Shown: positions 40,319-52,357, counted from the first letter of the whole stretch. The stretch: DNA of 63,855 nt, filler included, from Atractiella rhizophila (GCA_021432655.1; 3 parts of 3 records of this genome joined end to end with filler, not necessarily neighbours in it); one strand, 5' to 3'. The notes: generated from the letters alone by a model not told the origin. Numbers and translations: made by a program.

Positions 40319-43300
40319 ATGGATACCTCTACCAACGATCGAGATCATGAAGCTCCCCAAACGCGTCCCAAGAGAAAGGCAGATGACCCAGGGTTCACGC
40401 CAAACAAACGAGTCCTTGACTTTAAGCAAACCATGGATGTGGACGACGTCAGCCCAATCTGCACTAAATCGCAGGAGGTTCCCACTCCATCAGCCTATCC
40501 ATCCACTGGCTCCTCCGACGCTCAAACTCTCAAAACGTTCAAAGTCCCCGAGAATGTTAAGAAGACGAACGACCAAGGTATCCGAATCCTCGCTATTGAC
40601 AACGGCGGCATCTGTACCTTTTCCACGCTTTACATGCTCGAAGTCGTCATGCTCCAAGTTGGAGGCCTCCTTCAAGTTCCGGAGGGCGAAGACATCCGGC
40701 CGTGCGATGTTTTCGATCTCATCTGCGGCACTTCCACGGGCGGGTGGATCGCTCTCATGCTCGGACGGCTGGGGATGACCGTTCGAGAATGCATCCGTGC
40801 ATATGAGCAGATCGTACAGCGCGTCTTCTCCGAAGAAGCTCCAATCTCGAAGGAAGGCTGCGTGTACTCTGCAGAGAGGCTCAAAGCCGCCTTCCTCGAC
40901 ATCATTGATCGATATGCTTCATCATCTGTGCCATCGTCCCATCTTCCTATGAAAGATGATAACATCGGAGATCGATGCAGAACTTTCGTCGTCTCAAGAT
41001 ACGAATCAGACGCCGTCTGTTCGACAGAGATGCGCACGTACGACGTCCGCCACGCAGCTCGCTTTGCCGCTCAATGTAATGTGTGGGAGGCGGCAAGAGC
41101 AACTTCCTCTGATCCTGACTTCTTCCTTCCTATGGTCATCGACAAAACGAAATATGTCGCCATGGGAAACAATAACCCAGCAGCCTTAGCGATTGACGAG
41201 TCAAAGAGGATTTGGGGAGAAAGAAGCCAACTCGCATGTCTCGTATCTTTGGGCTCAGGGCTTGCGCAGGCTGTCTCATTGGGTCATACGTTGGCTCAGA
41301 TTGAGCGGGCTGTGAGGGCCATCGTCAAGGATTGCTCCGGCGTGGCGAATCAGGTAAAAATGATGATGCAAGAACAACGCCTGGGAAATCGCTACCACCG
41401 CTTGTCAGTCCAAACGATGGGAGGCATCAAGTGGGAGGAGTGGGAGCGAACGGAGGACATTGTGGGCCGTACGAAGGCTTATATGGAAGAAATGTGTTAC
41501 GAAGCGCGTAATGCTGCTGAATATCTCGTGCAGGGTATATTCTCTTACCTCTTGCATACCTACTGTGTTGATGTTCTTGTAGTATGGAGTGATCGGGTTG
41601 CAGTTCGCCGACGGTTGCCATTACCGCCTGCAGGCTCCTGTTTTGGCCGCAAAGATGAGGTCCAACATGCTAGAGAAGCTATACTTAATGGCTGCCACGT
41701 TGCAATTGTGGGTGGAGCTGGAAACGGCAAATCCACTGTTGCACTCGACACCGTGCACTTCGAAGAGATCAGGCAGTCATTCACAGATCTGACACAGGGC
41801 ACTGGAGAAGATCTCCGCTTCTGGGTTCACTGCGACAATTTTGACACCTTTGCCAGGCTCTCTGACCACATCTGCAACGACATCTTTGCACTGACTAAGT
41901 CTGACAAAACATCGCTAGAGGTCGTGGCAGATTACTTCAGAAGTCGAAAATGCCTTCTCGTTTTGGATAACTTTGAGACCCCCATGCGTGCCGACGAAAA
42001 CAAAAAACAACACTTCTTCCGAACCCTGCTCTCGAACAACTCAGTTGGGTCGGTGCTCGTCGTGGCCCATCGTGGGGATAAAGTGGAATCGTTGAGCGTG
42101 AAAGGGTTAGGGAAAGAGCCTGTGAAGTTCACCATGATCTCAGTTGGTGGTCTGCCGAAAGACGGCGCGCTCGCACTCTTCGAGGAGTCATATGGAAGCG
42201 ACGAGCAGTCCTCGCTACTGGTGGTCCAACAGCTATTTCATCAGCTAGACTTCCATGCTCTATCCATCAAGCTGTTCGCTCTTCGTGCACATGAGGATTC
42301 AACTATGACACTGGAAGAATTGGTAGAGGAGTGGAAGGAGAAAAAGACACTTGTTTTCTGGAATGAAGACAGCGAAGACACCATCACGCTCAAAACGTCT
42401 ATATCGTTCTCCCTCCATTCTCCCGCTCTCAAGAAGCAGGGGGAGCGTGCTGTCTTTGCACTCGCACTACTGTCTTGGGTGCCAGACGGTCTAGCCTACC
42501 ATGACCTGTCAGCACTCGTTTCCAGGTTTTATGAATCTCAGGATATCTTCAAAGTCATTGCTGTGATTTCAAAGGTTGGACTTGCCGATAACATCAAAGG
42601 TACTCTCCGTATGCTTGCTCCTATTCGTGAATACCTCAACAAACTTGTCTCTGGCTCCAAATCACCATTTTCGATGACCGTGGCTTGGTCACTCCTACCT
42701 CTTGGAAACCATCTCATGCAGAAAGCTGAGTCAAATATTCAACAGTTTGAGATCCATCAGGATCAACACACACTGTTTCAATTCCGTGAACAATACCCAA
42801 ACCTTGAACATGTCTTGCGAAGAAGCTTATTACACCTGTCAAACCCTTTACCCATGCTGCAGCATTTGGAGAGGACATCGGAGTTTGTACGCCTGAAACA
42901 TCGGCTCTCAACTTCGCTGTTGCAACAGGCGACCCATGCCGTGAACACCGGGTTGAGAATGCCCCTGTATCCAGGTCGCAGAGAGTCTGAATGGTTAAGA
43001 CTAAGGTGTTCGGTGACAAAGTCCCTTGGCAATTGTTTTTACAACTGTGGCAAGAACGAGGATGCTCTGAAGGCGTTACAAGAAGCAAAGGTGCTCTACA
43101 TGGAAGTGGGAGATCAACAGGGTCAAGCCAACTGCGTCCGGAACATCGGGGAGATTGATTTTCGATGTGGGCGGAACGCTGACGCTCTGAAGGCGTACGA
43201 GGAGGCAAAGGAGCTCTACATAGAAGTGGGAGATCGACTGGGTCAAGCCAACTGCGTTTTCAACATCGGGAGGATTGATTTTCGATGTGGGCGGAACAAT

Positions 43301-46145
43301 GACGCTCTGAAGGCGTATGAGGAGGCAAAGGAGCTCTACATAGAAGTGGGAGATCGACTGGGTCTAGCCCACTGCATCTTCTACATCGGGGAGATCGATT
43401 TTCTATGTGGGCGGAACGATGACACTCTGAAGGCGTATGAGGAGGCAAAGGAGCTCTACATAGAAGTGGGAGATCGACATTTGGGGAGAAAGAAGCCAAC
43501 TCGCATGTCTCGTATCTTTGGGCTCAGGGCTTGCGCAGGCTGTCTCATTGGGTCATACGTTGGCTCAGATTGAGTGGGCTGTGAGGGCCATCGTCAAGGA
43601 TTGCTCCGGCGTGGCGAATCAGGTAAAAATGATGATGCAAGAACAACACCTGGGAAATCGCTACCACCGCTTGTCAGTCCAAACGATGGGAGGCATCAAG
43701 TGGGAGGAGTGGGAGCGAACGGAGGATGTTGTGGGCCGTACGAAGGCTTATATGGAAGAAATGTGTTACGAAGTGCGTAATGCTGCTGAATATCTCGTGC
43801 AGGGTATATTCTCTTACCTCTTGCATACGTACTGTGTTGATGTTCTTGTAGTGTGGAGTGATCGGGTTGCAGTTCGCCGACGGTTGCCATTACCGCCTGT
43901 AGGCTCCTGTTTTGGCCGCAAAGATGAGGTCCAACATGCTAGAGAAGCTATACTTAACGGCTTCCACGTTGCGATTGTGGGTGGAGCTGGAAACGGCAAA
44001 TCCACTATTACACTCGACACCGTGCACTGCGAAGAGATCAAGCAGTCATTCACAGATCTGACACAGGGCACTGGAGAAGATCTCCGCTTCTGGGTTCGCT
44101 GCGACAATTTTGACACCTTTGCCAGGCTTTCTGACCACATCTGCAACGATATCTTCGCACTGACCAAGTCTAGCAAAACATCGCTAGAGGTCGTGGCAGA
44201 TTACTTCCGAAGTCGAAAATGTCTTCTCGTTTTGGACAATTTTGAAACTCCTCTTCGTGCTGACAAGGACAACGTACAAAACTTCTTTCGAACTCTTCTT
44301 TCAGACAACTCAAAGAAGTCGGTACTTGTTGTGGCCCATCGCGGAGATCAAGTGGAACGTTTGGACGTGAAGGGGGACAAGCCCGTAAAGTTTGTCAAGG
44401 TCTCAGTTGGCGCTTTGCCAGAAAATGGTGCACTTGCACTCTTCGAAAATTCATACCATAGAGAGGACAAGTTCTCGCGACCGCTGGTCCATTGCCTTGT
44501 CAGACAGCTAGACTTCCATGCTCTGTCAATTAAGCTATTCGTTCTACGTGCTAACAAGGATTCAACCATGACCCTTGAACAACTGACAGGGAAGTGGGAG
44601 GAAAAGAAGACGGGGATTCTCTACAACAAAGGCAGCAAAGACACAATCACGCTCGAAACATCGATATCGTTCTCCCTCGACTCTCCCGCTCTCCAAGAGG
44701 AGGGAGAGCGTGGGCTCTTTGCACTTGCTCTGCTGTCATGGGTGCCTGACGGTCTATCCCATGATGATTTGTCAGCCCTTATTTCTGAGACTGGGAATAT
44801 CTACGAAGTCATTACTACAATGTCAACAATTGGGCTGGCCAATGACAATAAAGGTACTCTCCGTATGCTTGCTCCAATTCGTGAATACCTCAACGAACTT
44901 GTCTCCGGATCCAAATCACCGTTTTCGATGCCTGTGCCTTGGTCCCTCCTGCCTCTCGGGAACTATCTCATGCAGAAAGCCGAGTCAAATATTCAACAGT
45001 TTGAGAGCCACCAGGATCAACATGCACTGTTTCAATTCCGTGAACAATACCCCAACCTTGAACATGTCCTGATAAGGAGCATGTTAAGCCTGTCAAACCC
45101 TTTACCAATGCTGCAGCATTTGGAGAAGACATCAGAGTTTGTACGCCTGAAACATCGGCTCTCAACTTCGCTGTTACAACAGGCGACGCATGTCGTGAAC
45201 ACGTGGCTGGGAATGCCCCTGTATCTAGGTCGCAGAGAGACTGAATGGTTAAGACTAAGGCGTTCGCTCACAATGTCCCTCGGCGATTGTTTCTATGAAT
45301 GTGGCGAGAACAAGGATGCTCTGAAGGCGTTTCAAGAAGCAAAGGTGCTGTACATGGAAGGGGGATCTCGACTGGGCCAAGCCAACTGTGTTCGCAGTAT
45401 CGGGGATATTGATTTTCGATGTGGGCGGAATGAGGATGCTCTGAAGGCTTTCAAAGAGGCAAAGGTGCTCTACACGGAAGTGGGATCTCGACTGGGTCAA
45501 GCCAACTGTGTTCGCAGCATTGGGGATATTGATTTTCGATGTGGGCGGAATGAGGATGCTCTGAAGGCTTTCAAAGAGGCAAAGGTGCTCTACACGGAAG
45601 TGGGATCTCGACCGGGTCAAGCCAACTGTGTTCGCAGCATGGGGGATATTGATTTTCGATGTGGACGGAATGAGGATGCTCTGAAGGCTTTCAAAGAGGC
45701 AAAGGTGCTCTACACGGAAGTGGGATCTCGACTGGGTCAAGCTAAATGTGTTCGCAGGGTTAGGGTTAGGGTTAGGGTTAGGGTTAGGGTTAGGGTTAGG
45801 GTTAGGGTTAGGGTTAGGGTTAGGGTTAGGGTTAGGGTTAGGGTTAGGGTACTCTGAAGGCGTATGAGGAGGCAAAGGAGCTCTACATAGAAGTGGGAGA
45901 TCGACAGGGGCAAGCCGACTGCGTCTTCAACATCGGGGAGATCGATTTTCGATGTGGGCGGAACGATGACGCTCTGAAGGCGTATGAGGGGGCAAAGGAG
46001 CTCTACATAGAAGTGGGATCTCAACAGGGTCAAGCCGACTGCGTTTGCGACATCGGGAGGATTGATTTTCTGTGTGGGCGGAACAATGACGCTCTGAAGG
46101 CGTATGAGGAGGCAAAGGAGCTCTACATAGAAGTGGGAGATCGAC
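40319..46145 (+). CDS. NLR-like patatin - STAND P-loop NTPase - TPR protein (copy 1), interrupted by insert 43480-45906 and truncated at the contig end
   Basis: Patatin DNGGI/DLICGTSTGG/WEAARATS/LVSLGSG; Walker A GGAGNGKST, Walker B LLVLDNFE, MLAPIREY; 40-aa TPRs. Probable in-frame intron 41535-41582. Copy-1-type TPRs resume at 45851. Confidence 0.88.
43008..43479 (+). repeat. 120-nt tandem TPR-coding repeats, copy-1 type (continue at 45851-46145)
   Basis: Near-identical 120-nt units starting 43128, 43248, 43368, 45914 and 46034. Confidence 0.95.
45381..45755 (+). repeat. 120-nt tandem TPR-coding repeats, copy-2 type
   Basis: Three almost identical units at 45381, 45501 and 45621, plus the start of a fourth cut off by the telomere tract. 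Confidence 0.95.
45756..45850 (+). repeat. Perfect telomeric tract (TTAGGG)~16
   Basis: 95 nt of uninterrupted AGGGTT units, with the G-rich strand on +. Confidence 0.98.
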
Positions 46146-46245
46146 NNNNNNNNNNNNNNNNNNNNNNNNNNNNNNNNNNNNNNNNNNNNTTAATTAATTA
46201 ANNNNNNNNNNNNNNNNNNNNNNNNNNNNNNNNNNNNNNNNNNNN
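46146..46245. other. Artificial contig linker (N44-TTAATTAATTAA-N44)
   Basis: Same design as 23055-23154. Confidence 0.95.
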
Positions 46246-47576
46246 GTTGGAGATGTGTTGCCGATGACAAAACCGGCGGGCACGCAACCCGTCTCCTTCA
46301 CTTTGATGTCAAGCCAGCGAACATCTTGACTGTCTCAGTGAATTATCTGGGTTCTAAGAAACGTCGGGAGCAGAGAATGATGCGTTTGTCTGGGGCTTTA
46401 TTTATAGAAGTTTGTAGTTGTAGAAACACGCGTGACTTCATGCTGATGAGATAGCGTCACCTTTTTCACTGAATGCATCTGCGCACATTGATGAAACATG
46501 GCGCAGGCAGTTAAGAAAGGAGAGCTACTAGCACACTTGGTTGGGGATAGAAGGACGAAAGAACATCGTTACAAAGGAAACAAACTACTTCTGATTAGGC
46601 TTCAAAGTGAGAGCGATTACGAGCAAACATGAACCGAAGTCGACGGAAACAGGCTCAAAGTGTGGCGCGACGATCCGCAGTTGCGAAGTGCAGCTGGATC
46701 CTCCGAGCTCCGAGAGGTAGAATGGGGTTGCAGAAACATTCAGAGGAGGTCCGATCGAAATGACATACGTCCTTAGTTTTCATGCTCAGCTTGCGCACTT
46801 TAACATCTCCTGCCTCGAATGAACCCCATCTCACTTCGTCGTCAGTCGTTGTTAACTCCTGCTGGTCCATGAGTTGGTTACACCACACCACAACAGAAAA
46901 GAATAGTTTCTGAGTCACCGGAACATTCCGCTTCTTGGTTGTCGTGTCGTTGATGGATGTAAAGGCTAGAGCACTATTAGGGACTGTGAGACAGAAAAGG
47001 TACAGCTTACAGTAAGTCCGAAAGAATAGATAGGAGCGTCTTCTCAGGCGGCTTCACGCCTGCGTCCGGCGTCTTTTACCCATCGGGCATCGTGCACTAC
47101 GACATGGAGGAGTCCTGCAATCTTGCATCAAATAAATCATCAAGAAAGGCATTACAGCACTCCTAAACCTGGGTGTGTGGAATCATTAATTGTACACAGA
47201 GAATATTTGATATCTCCAACAAAGTCTCTGTTGTCAGTCATTTGCATTCGATGAAAGACTCGGCGACAGAAGCAATGGAGACCCAAATTGTTAGAGTCTG
47301 GTGTTGGTTGCTTCTGGTATGCAAATCCGCACCGTCAGTTGCCAATTAGATACTGTGGTTCATGGCAACATGGAATCCTCGGCGTTGTGTAGCATTCATT
47401 TTACCACACAGAAGAAGCAACGCTTCAACTTTCGATGGCATATTTGCTGCCTTTTATTCTCCTTTGTAATAGTTGAACAAGCGATGCCGCACTACCATTC
47501 TTGATTACCGTCCTCAATTCCCTTTATGAACAAGTTGGGATTGTCGGCTCCTTCCCTCCATGAAGGACACTCAACT

Positions 47577-47716
47577 CAAAACAAATAATCCGCACTTCCC
47601 TTTATCACTCGAAGAAGGACTCGGTTCCCTTCAATGTTCAAAGGGACAAAACAAATAATCCGCACTTCCCTTTATCACTCGAAGAAGGACTCGGTTCCCT
47701 TCAATGTTCAAAGGGA
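47577..47716. repeat. Perfect 70-bp tandem duplication
   Basis: 47577-47646 is identical to 47647-47716. Confidence 0.95.
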
Positions 47717-47835
47717 GTGAGTGGGGTTGAACAAGGACCGAGTTGTTCGCCTTTTCTTTATGGCGCGCAAAGAGGTATAAAAGCCTCGATGTGAAACTGG
47801 GATCCCACGACACTTGCTACTTAACATTAATACAA

Positions 47836-48754
47836 ATGTCGCAAGCGCTACATCGACGAGCTCTTACCATGAAGATTGATGTGAAGGGTATCTTTACTGA
47901 GAACGGCCGACCGGAAGATAATCCTGGATCCGCACCATTCAAGGTTTTCTCAAAGTTCTTCAAAAATATTGAAGACATTAACCCACACACGTGGCATAAA
48001 GCTATTGCCAAACTGCCCTATGTGATGAAATGTGATGAATACCACGTCATCCAACAAGGGATGACCGTCGACATCAGTGCGTTTTTCTTCCCTTTTCTTT
48101 CATCAATGTTGACTATTGCATCCCCACTTGTAGAACCGGTTGGTGGAGACTATACATTGGATGAGCTGCAGAAAATATGTGCGCTGTACTTTATATGCGA
48201 GGGTAAGGATCCATCCTATGGTCAGAACACTCTTCATGTCGTTCTTAGGCGTGATCGATCAAATACGAGCCAATTATCCGAAAGAGGACGTACTATACAG
48301 GATTAATGACGATACTGTGTCCTTCTCCGACTCAGAATTGTCGGCTAAAGTGGGGCAGATTCTGACAGCTGCAACCGCATCTGAACTGGCCAGCCTCATC
48401 TGTCGACCTCAACAAAAGCGTAGATACTCCCGAGTGAACATTCTTCTTTCATCAAACGACACCATGGGGACAATCCAATTCTACCAGTACCATGGGACCT
48501 GGGATGCTAAGGAGGCTTATGATTGGTACCTATTCGCTCAAACTGTTGTGAGGCAGTCGCTTGAAATTTCACCTGATAGGATTAGGCAGTATGCTCTTAG
48601 CAGAAGGGAGGCCATTGCGTATGTTCTCAGATTGCTAGCAAATTCATTGGAGGAGGCGGAGCAGAAAGCTGTTGTGCAACAATTGGGAGATCAGGCTGCG
48701 GAGGCTAATGATATCTGTGGCAATGACAGCTGCTGGCGGGTTGGGACTGCTTGA
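47836..48754 (+). CDS. Divergent putative amidoligase (Amidoligase_2-like) protein, spliced
   Basis: TATAAA at about 47777. C-terminal RYSRVN...GTIQFYQYHGTWD....W..F resembles the RYxxxN..TIEFRQHxGTxD motif. Introns at about 48078-48133 and 48203-48249. Confidence 0.5.
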
Positions 48755-49998
48755 AGCTTTTCTGGAACCGGTTTCTTAAACAGGAAGAGTAGTGGGCAGG
48801 TATATTGATGAAGAGACTCATGTCATGCATTATACTATACTTCGCTTCCATATCGAGAAATAGTACAAGTGCACCGACTTCAGACATTGTTAATTGATTA
48901 CCCACCCTAGCCGGCAGGGGATGAAGATGGAGCTTCTCGAGTATGACTATTTCAATGCCCTCCTTTGCACACACAATTTCCAGAGCATCTCACTGTAAAG
49001 TTTCTCTGGTCACCCCCAATACCAGGAACGATGTGAATATGCCTCAAATTTCTCTTCCCAAGACGGCTCAGCGTTGTCTGCAAGTGATGCGCGATAGATG
49101 CATCGTAACCACGTCGAAACCTCCCTAATAAACCTAGCTCGATCATTTGAAGGCTTAGGGGAAGATGAGGCAGCATATCTATCGAAAATGTCAATCTTTT
49201 GCAGCGAAACTTCAAGACTTTTTAGACCACCAATGAGGTCATCCCAAGATGGTTGAGTAGGCCATAAATAACTCAATCCGAAGTCACGAAATTTTCCTGC
49301 AACCTCAACTTCACCAACAAACCAAGATGACCACTCCATTCTGCGAAGGTAAGATGAAAGCGGACTAGCGTGTGTCATGTTGCAATTAAGATTTCCCAAA
49401 GGATGGGAGGGATGTCGACGAGCAACCAAGCGCGACGTTCAAGAGTAGCCATAGGAACTAGAACGACGCGATCCTTGGGAATGCCGACGCTGGACAGCGT
49501 GAGCGTCCAAAACTTCGTCGAGAGACACGCAATTAAGATTTCTGACTGTTTATCCCCGTATAGAAAATGTGGAAAGAGTAGTAAGAGCTTCCGCATCAGC
49601 AAGAAGGCATATCTTTATCTGTAGAAGTCGGATATTTGGACAGTTGGAAAGCAGGGACAGCCAGTCTGAAAGCAATGTCGTTCTCTTGCTTATCAGCGTT
49701 GCTCCTATTACGAATTTCGCACGCTCTGGGCGACGGGAAAAGCTGCAGGAAGAGCCTTGAGATTAGTCACCTTGAAGATAGCTCCCTTTTCAAAGCGTAT
49801 GAGTAGGGTTTCGTAGAGTTGAGGCTCAGATAATGGAGACCATATCTTGCAGGTCAAAGCGACAGCCAAGACATCCTTCTTTTTGAGGCATCCAAAAATT
49901 TCTAAGAATATTTCATGAGGGACTCGTGGCAGTGGACGCGCATCTGATTCCCCAACCGTGTTGCTGCACGACGTGCCGGTTAAGGTAAGGGTTTGCAT
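48705..49998 (-). pseudogene. F-box/LRR-like gene with frameshifts
   Basis: F-box LPRVPHEIFLEIFGCL...VALTCKIWS..SEPQLYE. The coding-like continuation (SRRPERAKFV..CPNIRLLQI) is in another frame after about 49755 and shifts again later. 3' end approximate. Confidence 0.6.
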
Positions 49999-50256
49999 GG
50001 TTGTAATTGTGATGGCTGGGTAGAGATGCGGGCTCGAAGCGATGGATGGCGATAAGTTCTTAGTCATCTTTGTCTCCTTTGACCCTTATCATCAAAGCAA
50101 ATGCCCGAAGCTAGCTGCTCAGGTGGCTGTCCAACAAGTTGATTCCACGAACCAAACACACCGCCAGGTGATAATACAATTGAGACATTGATACACTTCC
50201 AACCTATTGTACCTTTAATTTTTATTCTCAGCATTCATATAAGCAATCGCATCCTC

Positions 50257-51765
50257 CTAAATCGTCCCGACCTCCACCTCAACCCAATTCTCATACACCT
50301 CTCCCTTCTTCAAGATGCTATCTCCACCGTTCTTCTCTCTGAGGCTATCAAACTCCTTTCCAGGCAAACAAGCGCCAATGACTCCCTGAAACTCGAGGAA
50401 CGTCGCTTGGAACTTCTCGTATCCTCCTTTCCCATCGGTAGAAGAAGAATGTGAAGCTCGACGTGTACCATCGCCGTTAAAGAATTTGGCGGTGTAGCAT
50501 TGAACCGCTGGTTGGTTCGACGTGAAAGTGAGCACTGGTCGTGGGGTGGAGGAAGAAGGGCCGACGAGGATGAGCTTTGGCGACGTCGAGCTCGGATTGG
50601 CGAATACGAGACAGTGATCTAATGGATGCATAAGTCAACGACCTCATATGTCTGCTATGCTCGAAATGGTAAGGAAAGACGTGACGCACCAACTCCATTC
50701 TCCTCGTCCCACACGTCCCCAAATTTCCTAATCGCCTTCAAATCTTCCGGCCCACCTTGGTTGAAATCAAAGATGGTGCCCTTCACGTCTCCCAGTTCTC
50801 CAGTTGGAAGAGCATCGGAGGAGTTGACGACAACCACTTTGTCGCATTCAGCCCACATAGCATAATCTTTGGCGGTGTGGTCGCCTCCGAAATTGAATCC
50901 CCAATGCACCTGAAAATCGTAACGGGTCAGTGACGACATCGATGGAAGGTGAGGACGCGTACGGTCAAGTTCACTGGTGTGGCCGGCGCGTCGCCTTCCA
51001 GAGCTGCTTTTATAACATACTTGAACTATTCCATACCGATCATAAATAAGTTAGTCAAAGAAGAAGACAAAACAGGACGTGCCTTGTTACCGTCTAGGGT
51101 CAAAAGCACCTGGAGGAGCAAATCGCCAGGGAATCCATTGTCTCCATCAGGAGATTGGAGCTGAAAGAGCAACGCATTTTCTTTCGGGACAGAGGGGAAG
51201 AGCGAAGTGGACTCTAGCGGAAGCGCTGTCCAAGTGCGTTGGTCGAGAGAGGATTGTCCGCCATGCAAGCAGACAGACGGAGGTTCTGTGTTGGAATTTG
51301 ATAGAAAGCAAAGTTAGTGGATGCCTTGTCGGCTAAATTCGAGGAGAGGAGGCATGTCGGTGTTTTGAGAGAGGGGGCTCCGCTAGTCCTCCTCCAGCCA
51401 AACAGACGAGGAAGGAGAGGATGAGGAGGCAACGTACCCACTACGTCGAGATTGAGCTTTGTGCTTCCATCACATGCGGTCCATTCGCCTGCAGGAAGTC
51501 TTCCAACGCGATCTATTAGTCCTTGTCTCAACAGAGCAGCATGAACAGACCGATTAGCATAACGTCCCACAGTCTGATTTCTGAATCTTCGAACTTGCGC
51601 ATGCTCCTCTGGCTTTTGTGGCCCAATGAGGAGCTCTGTTTCGTTGCCATTTTGTCTGAGTTGGAAGGAATAGAAGGTGAGTCCGAAGGGGAGGACGGAG
51701 AAGGAGAGCGAGGAAGAAGACAGAGAAACGGGATTGAAGGATGTGTCGTTAATCTGTGGTGCCAT
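50257..51765 (-). CDS. Aldose 1-epimerase (galactose mutarotase), spliced
   Basis: Motifs TVGRYANR, MHGG, DGDNGFPG, VNLT.HWGFN, LDHC, QCYT and FLEFQ. Confidence 0.92.
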
Positions 51766-52357
51766 GGTGCGCTTCTATCTCTTTCGCTTGACAGTACTGG
51801 GCATTCGAGTGTTCAAGTCGAGTTGGGAGTTGGGAGATACCTGTCACGATCTGATCAACTTTATCTCGCGTTTTTTCCGTCCGCTCAATTGTGTGGTGTT
51901 ATTTGTCCTTCTGTCACACTGTGTGAATCTTTGAAGTCCCCATCACAAGACAGGACGCTGTATGCACCAGCAGGATGGCAGAAGGGAGAAGTAGATCATC
52001 ATACCAGCCATATCTCTAATGACAGTTAATATGTGAGCTAACGTATCAAGTTGTCTTGTCCGTTCTTTAGAGGTGGGATCGCGCTTGTCTCTCAACAACT
52101 CTGCCTGTTTCCTTTTCTATTCTCCCAGAATTCTACGCGGTTCTCGCTCTACGCCTCTGGGGTTGACGCTCAACTTCGGAAATGGTTGCATCGATTTCAC
52201 ACTCATCGAAATCTGAGTTGGGACCAATTCTAATTACGTCACCACATCCCATTTAAGAGGAGCTGGCTGGCTTGAAGACCCTGCTCTCCAATCCGTCAAC
52301 TACCTTCACTTACTTCCTACTACGCCATAAAAGGGCAAATTTAACAAAAGCGACGAA

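Larger units (their letters stand above)
43480..45857 (+). pseudogene. 5'-truncated paralog (copy 2) of the patatin-STAND-TPR gene ending in telomeric repeats
   Basis: Starts abruptly at sequence homologous to 41211 (late patatin domain) and keeps the NTPase. It has its own TPR type (GSRLGQANCVRSIGDIDFRCGRNEDALKAFKEAKVLYTEV) and reads into (TTAGGG)n. Confidence 0.85.

Noticed and set aside
43128..45755. CRISPR array
   Set aside because: Units are 120-nt in-frame coding repeats without unique spacers, in a eukaryotic gene.
43480..45850. Telomere-associated retrotransposon (Penelope-like or MoTeR-like)
   Set aside because: The insert encodes only NLR sequence, retains its intron and has no RT motifs.
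43128..46145. Diversity-generating retroelement-like mutagenesis (AAC to CAC/GAC/TAC at variable TPR codons)
   Set aside because: There is no reverse transcriptase or non-coding template repeat in the window, and many variable sites are not adenine changes. Selection on ordinary repeats explains the pattern.
4647..46145. Functional link between the two patatin-domain genes
   Set aside because: They belong to different subfamilies and sit on different contigs separated by a linker.
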